DNA of 61,959 nt, counting the filler. It is 7 parts of 7 records of this genome, joined end to end, with 100 filler letters (N's around TTAATTAATTAA, not from the genome) between each part and the next. Parts side by side here need not be neighbours in the genome. Positions count along the whole stretch, not along the records: positions 50,335 to 56,074 come from SRR2962707_961; positions 56,175 to 61,959 come from SRR2962707_970; 5 more parts are not named here. One strand, given 5' to 3'. This document shows positions 54,555 through 61,959 of this stretch, in pieces. Under the pieces are notes generated by a model. That model did no database searches, was not told where the DNA came from, and was given only the letters and a program-made list of their open reading frames with translations. Every line of letters begins with the position of its first letter. Within the stretch, counting starts at the first letter, position 1. A program made the translations under genes and the position numbers.

Positions 54555-55643
54555 TTATTCGGTTGCGGAGCGCTCACTTATTACGGCAGGGAGTGCGCGC
54601 AACAACGCTTGTATATCAGATTCCGCAAACTCTCCACTCCAACTTTCCAAGAACTCACTTTCAGGTTTTAAAAGCTCTCGCGCTGCGCTTGCGGCCCCTT
54701 TTACGGCGTCACACACAGCAATCAGCCACTCAAGATCGTGACGTCGAAAGCCCCGCCCACGGGCAAACATGTCCGAAAGCGCGGCTTCTGCCGCCTCGTT
54801 GGCTGCAGGTGGTGACATGTGATGAAGACGTGCATGTCCTAGGGCTGCAAAATTTGGCCGAGAGGCTTTTATCCACGTCTCCGCATGTTCCGTGGCTCCC
54901 AATGGTGGTGTGATTCCTTCAGCATGACTCACCGAGCTTAATTGCTGCTCGAGAACTCCTAATTGGTGCCAAAACCCTGCGTTTGGCTTCACCTGCTGTC
55001 GAACCGACTTAATGGCAAAGTAGGCGTCGTCTCTTGATTGCCCGGCATAGATCATTTGGTGGGCAATGACGACAGATGGTGAACGGCTGACGCCGTGGTG
55101 GCAGTGCACCAGCACAGATGTTCCTTGCGATAGATGCCGTTCCATGAACTCTGCAACGGGGCGGAACCAAACAAGCAAATCTGCTCCCGGGTTGTCACGC
55201 ACACCAACGCAGCAATAAGAAACATGCCATTTGTCGCGGCCGTTGCCCTCACGTTGTTCGTGCGCGTTGGGAACGTCAGGTGTGCAGTTCACGACCGCTC
55301 CGACCCGAAGGCTGCGAAACGCTGTGCGGACTTGGTGCGTGCCTTCGGCCGCCCATTGAGGACCAAGAAAAATGGATCCTCGAACCTGCGGATTGGGCGA
55401 GGGAACTACATTGTGCGCCCAGCCAGCAAGGGTCGGTTGTACGTGACGCACTGGCACTTCAGGGCGCCAGCTGGGATCTTTCTTCGAGGCATCTTGTCGC
55501 TGCGGCACATTCAGCTCCCGCGCTGGCCCCTCGCTGCTCGCTGTGGCACTGGCAGTTCCAGCAGTATCATCGCTATGTTGTGGTTTTTGGCGTGCAGTGC
55601 ATCGCTCCATCGCAAAAGTGGTTCTTTTGCGTGCCTTTCGCAC
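54555..55643 (-). CDS. Dual-specificity protein phosphatase (start uncertain)
   Basis: IFLG, VVNCT, general-acid D in VRDNPG, P-loop VLVHCHHGVSRS, R..VKPN.GF..QL. Confidence 0.9.
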   Translation of the reverse strand: MRKARKRTTFAMERCTARQKPQHSDDTAGTASATASSEGPARELNVPQRQDASKKDPSWRPEVPVRHVQPTLAGWAHNVVPSPNPQVRGSIFLGPQWAAEGTHQVRTAFRSLRVGAVVNCTPDVPNAHEQREGNGRDKWHVSYCCVGVRDNPGADLLVWFRPVAEFMERHLSQGTSVLVHCHHGVSRSPSVVIAHQMIYAGQSRDDAYFAIKSVRQQVKPNAGFWHQLGVLEQQLSSVSHAEGITPPLGATEHAETWIKASRPNFAALGHARLHHMSPPAANEAAEAALSDMFARGRGFRRHDLEWLIAVCDAVKGAASAARELLKPESEFLESWSGEFAESDIQALLRALPAVISERSATE

Positions 55644-56074
55644 CAGCCTGCCTCCACGAAAAAAAACGAAGGTTGTGTTCAGGTTGTCCTCATTGCCAAT
55701 GTCTGCACTGTGTGTAAGAAAGAATCATTGCTAATGTTGTATGATGTATAAATAAACGTGCACGAAAAGGTTCATAAGTTCAAAAAAACCGCGAAAAACA
55801 AAAAGAAAAAGAACAGAACGAATGTCGCGTCGCACCCAGCTCCATCCCCGTTTCAATCGTCTCCACCTCCACATCGCCACAGCAAGCAAGCAAAGCAGCC
55901 TACCTGTCCGTGGCAACTGGGAGCAAACGTCTCTGCGCGGGCCAACATGACGAGACGCGGTTCTACAACTGCCGTCAATGATTCTGGGTTGAGCTCAAGA
56001 GTGGAGGTGAGTGATTTCGTGGGTTCTTGAGTTCGCAAAAGTGAGTTCCTGAGTTCGTGAGTGAGCCACCATGA

Positions 56075-56174
56075 NNNNNNNNNNNNNNNNNNNNNNNNNN
56101 NNNNNNNNNNNNNNNNNNTTAATTAATTAANNNNNNNNNNNNNNNNNNNNNNNNNNNNNNNNNNNNNNNNNNNN
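56075..56174. other. Artificial contig spacer
   Basis: N44-TTAATTAATTAA-N44. Confidence 0.99.
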
Positions 56175-57755
56175 CTTGCAGTGCACGCAGTTCTGCGCGT
56201 TGATCACAAAGGTCGGCGTGCCATCGGTTTCCACCCATTCATAAACGCCGGCCGGGCAATATCGGGTTGAAGGCCCGCCAAAGACATCGAGTTCAGAGTT
56301 TTTCTGCAACGGCAGATCCTTGACGTGCAGATGCACTGGCTCGTTTTCTTCGTGGTTGGTGTTCGACAGAAACACCGAGGACAACCGGTCAAAGGTCAGC
56401 ACACCATCGGGCTTCGGATATTCGATCTTCTTGTGCTGCGCTGCCGGCTCAAGTGCCGCATAGTCGGCCTTGCCGTGCTTCATCGTGCCGAATGGCGAAA
56501 TGCCGAACAACGTATTGAGCCACATGTCGATACCGCCCAGCGCCACACCACCGATGGTGCCGAGCTTTGACCACAATGGCTTGACGTTGCGCACCTTTTT
56601 TAGATCCGCACCTATTTCCGAGGCCTGCCATGCCGCATCGTAGCCTTCCAGCGTATCTTGCGCGCGGCCGCCAGCAATCGCTTCCGCGGCGTGTTCCGCC
56701 GCCATCATGCCCGACAGCACTGCATTGTGGGATCCCTTGATCCGGGCAACATTGACGAAACCGGCCGAACAGCCGATCAGCGCACCGCCAGGGAAAGCGA
56801 GCTTCGGCACCGACTGCCATCCGCCCTCTGAAATGGCGCGCGCACCATAGCCCAGCCGCTTGCCGCCTTCGAACACCGGCGCGATTGCGTGATGGGTCTT
56901 GAACCGCTGGAATTCCTCGAATGGCGACAGCCAGGGATTTTTGTAATTGAGGTGAACGACGAAACCGACCGCCACCTGGTTGTCCTCAAGGTGATAAAGG
57001 AACGATCCGCCCCCCGTCTTGAGGTCCAGCGGCCATCCGAACGAATGCTGCACCAGGCCCGGCTTGTGATGCTCCGGCTTGACCTGCCACAGCTCCTTCA
57101 GGCCAATGCCATATTTCTGAGGCTCACGGCCTTCGTCGAGCTTGAAGCGGGAAATCAGCTGCTTGGCCAGCGACCCGCGAACGCCCTCGCCGATCAGTAC
57201 ATATTTGCCTAAGAGCGCCATGCCCCGAGCATAATTGGGGCCAGGCTCTCCGTTCCGCTCGACGCCCATGTCGCCGGTGGCGACACCGATTACCGCGCCG
57301 GTCTCGTTGGTCAGAACTTCGGTGGCGGCGAAGCCCGGATAGATTTCCACGCCCAGTGCCTCGGCCCGGTCACCAAGCCATTTTGTCACGTTGGAAAGCG
57401 ATACGATGAAATTGCCATGATTGTTCATCAAGGGCGGCATCATGAAATTCGGCAACCGGATTGAGCCTGCAGGCCCGAGCACGAGAAAGTGGTCGGAGGT
57501 GACCGGCGTCTTGAACGGGTGATCCGGATCATCACGCCAATCCGGGATCAGCTTGTCAATGCCGATGGGATCGACCACAGCGCCCGAGAGAATATGCGCG
57601 CCGACTTCACCGCCCTTTTCCAGAACGACAACCGTCAGTTCAGGATTGACCTGCTTGAGCCTGATCGCTGCCGCCAACCCCGCAGGGCCTGCCCCAACGA
57701 TCACGACATCGAATTCCATGCTCTCGCGCTCGGGAAGCTCATTCACATCAGTCAT
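56175..57755 (-). CDS. etfD: Electron transfer flavoprotein-ubiquinone oxidoreductase, 3'-truncated
   Basis: RESMEFDVVIVGAGPAGL, GAHILSGA, YPGF, IKGSHNA, YCPAGVYE...NAQNCVHCK 4Fe-4S motif. Confidence 0.96.
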
Positions 57756-57955
57756 CAGACGTCCTTACCTCTTCGATCCTGCGACACCTTTGAAAGGCAC
57801 CCTATCAGATCAATCCAATATCGAGCTCGGTGGCAGCCCGGAGCCAGACAAACGGTCCCTACTCCATTGCCACCGGCTGGCCTTGCGGCCGGTCTATCCT
57901 GTTTGACAAATGATGCGTTCGAAGTCGAGACGGGTGCAACAGGATTTGCATTGTT

Positions 57956-58001
57956 TCCTATCAAATCTTGACGTTCACGTAAACGTCAAGATTTGATAGG
58001 A
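57956..58001. promoter_or_regulatory. 46-bp near-perfect palindrome containing LiuR-type (MerR family) ACGT-N2-ACGT sites upstream of etfD
   Basis: TCCTATCAAATCTTGACGTT-CACGTA-AACGTCAAGATTTGATAGGA; core TTGACGTTCACGTAAACGTCAA. ETF genes are known LiuR regulon members. Confidence 0.72.
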
Positions 58002-58158
58002 GGCCTATTGCTCACCGGCACCGCATGCATCGTCTTGAAACGTTACGTGTCCCGCATCCAGCCTGATGCCCAACGGTGATGAGCTCGCATAAGGGATCCT
58101 GCACAAAACCCGCGAGGAATATCGTCACAGAGAAACAGGCTTCAGAGGATCTGTGAGA

Positions 58159-58860
58159 TTATTGCGCCATCCGGGCAAACATCGGCTGCATATTCAGCAC
58201 CAGCACGGCACCGCCGACCACATTGTCCGGCCCGGTCAGCGGGGTCATGCGGCAATGGACTTCAAATAGCCGCCCATGTGCGTCGGGAACTTCATAGCTG
58301 TAGCTGATACGCGCACCGCCAAAGCACTGGTCGATACGCGGCTTCGCTCTCGACTGAAATCGTTTCTGGTCGATCACATCGAGCATGTGCTTGCCGATAA
58401 AATCGGAAGGCTGCTTGTTGTGAAACTCGGCATTGCGTCGATTGCAATAAATATAGCGATAGTCGAGCCCGATAACCGCCACCCTTTCCGGTATCGAATC
58501 CAGAACGAGTTCCTGCACAGACGGGTCATACCCCTCATCAAGCGGGACTTGCTCGAGCCGGGACCGGATGAGTTTTTGTCCGCTACCCAACTCCAGGTAG
58601 CGCATGAACAATCTCGACATCATTGTCGTATAGCGCTTTACACTGAAATCATCTTCACAGTTCTTCGTCGCAAGGCGATTGAAAAACCCGATCTGGGCCA
58701 TGATTTCACTGTGATTGCGAGCATCAAAATCAAATATGCGACGGGTAAGTGGCTGAAGCTGCGTGTCAATCAGGTTGATCTCGGATTCGTCGCCACGGCG
58801 AACCGCGAGCAGCAGTTCATCACCAAGCTGGTCAAATTTCCTGATCAGATCAGATAGCAT
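58159..58860 (-). CDS. Stand-alone PAS domain protein
   Basis: Helical N-terminal half; VLDSIPERVAVIGLDYRYIYCN..N..F....P.DFIGK...MTPL...V.GAV PAS fold; AGAGGG RBS. Confidence 0.82.
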   Translation of the reverse strand: MLSDLIRKFDQLGDELLLAVRRGDESEINLIDTQLQPLTRRIFDFDARNHSEIMAQIGFFNRLATKNCEDDFSVKRYTTMMSRLFMRYLELGSGQKLIRSRLEQVPLDEGYDPSVQELVLDSIPERVAVIGLDYRYIYCNRRNAEFHNKQPSDFIGKHMLDVIDQKRFQSRAKPRIDQCFGGARISYSYEVPDAHGRLFEVHCRMTPLTGPDNVVGGAVLVLNMQPMFARMAQ

Positions 58861-59434
58861 CAAGCCCTCTATTGTTTTTCCCCGGCTACTTTAGAGGATC
58901 CTTTATAGGAACAAATCCGGCCTCTCGGCAAGTCGACCAACCCCTCACTTCTGACTCGTCAAACACCAAAAGAGCCCATGACAAATGCAACAGCCCAAAA
59001 AATACATATTGCACACAAAAAACATCTCTCACAAAAATAACTCTAATTATCTGATTTTGTTAATAATTTCGCCAAACAGAATCATCTGGAGCGGCTTTAG
59101 CCGGGTGCATCCATTGTTTGAACCGCGCCAGCAAGCCCTCAAAAATATAGTTTGAGCCCGAACAAAAAAATCTAACAGCTGAACATGCTGTGCCTCTTTC
59201 GCTCGGCAGGACAGGATTAACGCAGCCACCGCGCAACTAAGCGCCAGCGATGAACTTCGTTGGCGGACACATCTAAGCTGAAAAGAACCGGAACCTCGGA
59301 CCGCTTATCTGAAACCTAGTGGTGCACCCCTAACGGGCGGTTCCCATCGGTCAGGACGAATCGCCCTACCAGATCAACAGCTTGCTGGCTGGCTTTTCGA
59401 AACAGATGGCTACCCACCTGCTTCGGTCAGAGCA

Positions 59435-60172
59435 CTAGTGTGACGCTCTTTCAGCCAGGCGGGCCAGATTAGGCACTTCAACGTGGCGGTTGTTGTGGAT
59501 CAGGATAACCTCATCCTTGCGCAATTTTGTCATCTGCCGGCTGACCGTTTCAATTGTCAGGCCAAGAAAATCGGCAATATCGGAGCGCGTCAGCGGAAGC
59601 TCAAAGCTGACCGCTGCCCCGTCTGTGCCTGACTCCAGTTCCGGGTTGATATGCGTGGCGATCAGATAGAGGAAACTCGCCACTTTCTCCGAAGCGGTTT
59701 TGCGCCCCAGTGTCAGCATCCAGTCGCGCGCCTCGTCCAGTTCCTTCAGCGCTTGCTCAAGCAGCCGGTGCTCAAGCTCCGGTGTGTCCTTGATCATCTG
59801 GTCAAGCATTGCCTTGGGAAAACTGCAGACATTGACCTCCGTTGCCGCATCCGCCGTAATCCCGCTTTCCGACCGGAATGGCCGCCCCAGAAAATCCGGA
59901 GCGAATTGCAAACCGACTATCTGTTGCCGACCGTCTGCCATCAACTTGGTGAGCTTCACCACCCCCGATATGATGTTGGAATAACTCTCTGACTGCCGGG
60001 TCTCGCCGATCAGCTCTACGCCCGGCTCAACACGCTTCCGAACCGACTGCTTGTTGAGATCAATGAGCTGGTTCGTCGACAAAGCCCCGCACACTCCCTT
60101 GTGGCGCGCTTCACACGCCAGGCAAAGCACGGGAATATCGGAGTTGTGGATGTCTTTGCGCTTTACGTCCAT
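59435..60172 (-). CDS. fnrN: O2-sensing Crp/Fnr regulator (FnrN/FnrL type)
   Basis: N-terminal C-X2-C-X7-C plus internal Cys, G.VKL..DGRQQI, LGRKTA.EKVA, LPLTRSDIADFLGLTIETVSR; start ATG 60172 with AGAGGG RBS. Confidence 0.9.
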   Translation of the reverse strand: MDVKRKDIHNSDIPVLCLACEARHKGVCGALSTNQLIDLNKQSVRKRVEPGVELIGETRQSESYSNIISGVVKLTKLMADGRQQIVGLQFAPDFLGRPFRSESGITADAATEVNVCSFPKAMLDQMIKDTPELEHRLLEQALKELDEARDWMLTLGRKTASEKVASFLYLIATHINPELESGTDGAAVSFELPLTRSDIADFLGLTIETVSRQMTKLRKDEVILIHNNRHVEVPNLARLAERASH

Positions 60173-60286
60173 CAAATCCCTCTTTCGCGCGGAGCCGACA
60201 CCGCCTGTGCGCCATACAAGACCGCTACCCGGATCATGCAAGCGCTACCGCACGCCCAGAGATTGTTCCCCAAGGAACAGCGCGGT

Positions 60287-60300
60287 TTGATCAAAGTCAA
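60287..60300. promoter_or_regulatory. FNR/FixK box (anaerobox) in fnrN-hemN divergent region
   Basis: TTGAT-CAAA-GTCAA versus consensus TTGAT-N4-ATCAA, 55 nt upstream of hemN. Confidence 0.85.
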
Positions 60301-60354
60301 GGCGGAGAACCTCTCACCAGGCAATGTACGGCCTGATATAAGAGAGACAGCACA

Positions 60355-61704
60355 ATGCAGAAAGAATTTGTTCTCAAGCACGGTGGCCCGGCCCCGCGAT
60401 ACACCAGCTATCCCACCGCGCCGCATTTCCATCCCGGCATAGACGGCGATGTTTATGCGCGGTGGCTGCGTCAACTGACGCCTGGACAAACGCTGTCCCT
60501 CTACATTCATATCCCGTGGTGCGACCGTCTGTGCTGGTTCTGCGGCTGCAACACCAAGCAGACCCTCAAATACGAACCCTTGAAAACCTATCTGACAGCG
60601 CTTGAAAACGAGATGGAGACAATCTCGGGTCTGATTGACCCGGGCTGCCGGGTCACGGCGCTGCATCTGGGTGGCGGATCCCCCACCATGTTGCAACCCG
60701 ACGACATGCTCGCCTTGAACACCATGCTGCGCAGCCGTTTCAATTTTGATGCCGATGCGGAGATCAGTGTCGAGATGGATCCCAACGATCTGACAGCTGA
60801 AAGATATGATGCGCTGGCCGCGATCGGAATGACCCGAGCCTCCATTGGGGTGCAGGATTTCGACGAAGACGTTCAAAAGGCAATCAACCGCGAACAGACA
60901 TTCGAACAGACCCGCGAAGTGGTGGAACAGGTCCGCGCGCGTGGCGTGCGATCCGTCAATTGCGATGTGCTCTATGGCCTGCCGCATCAGACCCGCCAGT
61001 CCGTCGACCGCACAATCAGGCAGGTTCTTTCGCTCGAACCTGACAGAATAGCCCTGTTCGGCTATGCCCATGTTCCCTGGATGAAAACCCACCAGAAGAT
61101 GATCGACGAAACTGCGTTGCCGGATATCACGGAGCGATTCGCGCAAATGAACCGCGCTGCCTCTACCCTCACCTCGGCAGGATACACCCCCATAGGCATC
61201 GACCATTTCGCACTGCCCGGCGACAGTCTGGCAGTCGCAGCCGCATCCGGCGCCATGCGCAGAAACTTCCAGGGCTATACCAGTGATACGGCAGACGCAC
61301 TGATTGGCATGGGAGCTTCGTCGATCGGACAATTACCTCAGGGCTACGTGCAAAATCAACCATCGACGGGCGAATACCAGCGCAGGGCCAACCTTGGAGA
61401 GCTTCCAGTGGTGCGCGGCTTCGAACTTTCCACAGAGGATCGTATCCGCGCGCGGATTATAGAACTTCTGATGTGTGATTTCGCGTTCTCTTTTGCTTCC
61501 ATCCGGCATGAGTTCGGAGGCGAATCCGAAAACATTCTGGACGAAGCCGAATACCTTGCGGGCTGCGATACCGACGGCATGGTCGAGTTCGGGGGTGGTC
61601 TGTTCCAGATCACACCCAAAGGCCGTCCGTTCGTGCGCTCGGTGGCGTCGGCCTTCGACGGATACTTCGGCACTGGCGTCGCACGTCATTCACTTGCAGT
61701 CTGA
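60355..61704 (+). CDS. hemN: Oxygen-independent coproporphyrinogen III oxidase (radical SAM)
   Basis: PRYTSYPTA, LYIHIPWCDRLCWFCGC, GGGSP, YAHVPW, IGIDHF, RNFQGY. Confidence 0.97.
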   Translation: MQKEFVLKHGGPAPRYTSYPTAPHFHPGIDGDVYARWLRQLTPGQTLSLYIHIPWCDRLCWFCGCNTKQTLKYEPLKTYLTALENEMETISGLIDPGCRVTALHLGGGSPTMLQPDDMLALNTMLRSRFNFDADAEISVEMDPNDLTAERYDALAAIGMTRASIGVQDFDEDVQKAINREQTFEQTREVVEQVRARGVRSVNCDVLYGLPHQTRQSVDRTIRQVLSLEPDRIALFGYAHVPWMKTHQKMIDETALPDITERFAQMNRAASTLTSAGYTPIGIDHFALPGDSLAVAAASGAMRRNFQGYTSDTADALIGMGASSIGQLPQGYVQNQPSTGEYQRRANLGELPVVRGFELSTEDRIRARIIELLMCDFAFSFASIRHEFGGESENILDEAEYLAGCDTDGMVEFGGGLFQITPKGRPFVRSVASAFDGYFGTGVARHSLAV

Positions 61705-61830
61705 TCACCACGGTCCCATTTATTGCCTTGAAATGGATTGACCGGACCAGCCGGGGAAAGAAGCCATTGGCTTTTGCCCCGGATTTTTCTATAGCTGCGG
61801 CCAAACCCATCATCCAATGAGGAAATGAGC

Positions 61831-61959
61831 GTGACCGCAACATTTGACAAGGTCGCTGACATCATCGCCGAGACAAGCGAGATTGACCGCGATTCCATCA
61901 CCACCGAAAGCCACACCATCGACGATCTGGGCATCGACAGCCTTGATTTCCTCGACATC
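61831..61959 (+). CDS. acpXL: Specialised acyl carrier protein for lipid A very-long-chain fatty acid, 3'-truncated (absent from ORF track)
   Basis: GTG start after [48 protein letters not shown] matches the rhizobial AcpXL N-terminus; DSL phosphopantetheine site. Confidence 0.9.
   Translation, partial: MTATFDKVADIIAETSEIDRDSITTESHTIDDLGIDSLDFLDI

Noticed and set aside
57960-57997. FNR half-sites ATCAA and TTGAT within the etfD palindrome
   Set aside because: Wrong order and spacing for TTGAT-N4-ATCAA.
59320-59345. TGGTGCACCCC, resembling a minus-strand tRNA CCA end or att site
   Set aside because: No TTCGA T-loop at the expected distance, no cloverleaf and no integrase nearby.
60172-61332. 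386-aa ORF antisense to hemN
   Set aside because: Antisense shadow of a well-supported gene; no recognisable motifs.
1-61959. CRISPR arrays, rRNA/tRNA genes, transposases, phage or defence genes
   Set aside because: No repeat-spacer periodicity or recognisable motifs found by eye; covariance-model and HMM scans would be needed to exclude small RNAs fully.

Overview
This window is not one locus. It is seven assembly contigs joined by artificial 100-nt spacers (N44-TTAATTAATTAA-N44). Contig 1 (1-18761) is proteobacterial: the 3' end of a Bap/RTX-type adhesin with its type I secretion system, then a carbon-storage cluster (alpha/beta-hydrolase, AraC, short PhaE/PhaR-like subunit, class III-type PhaC, GNAT, DUF6489, phasin, SDR, WS/DGAT, ABM), a divergent MFS/MmyB pair and a truncated acyl-CoA dehydrogenase. 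Contig 3 (25991-33004) looks alphaproteobacterial: GlxA regulator, betaine-type Rieske demethylase pair, FadB-like enzyme and a formamidase-like hydrolase. Contig 7 (56175-61959) is rhizobial: ETF-QO with a LiuR-type palindrome, a PAS protein, fnrN-hemN with an FNR box, and acpXL. Contigs 2, 4, 5 and 6 come from an intron-containing eukaryote, probably a protist. They carry a ~2,230-aa orphan, an AIF homologue with an inserted tandem domain, a TM-PH-PX protein, TMED2, a Clu-LRR-like-WD40 protein, a p25alpha-repeat protein and a dual-specificity phosphatase. The best candidate for an undescribed system is the combined PHA synthase/GNAT/DUF6489/phasin/wax ester synthase locus. The eukaryotic domain architectures come second. 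All family calls are from motif recognition by eye; no database searches were run.
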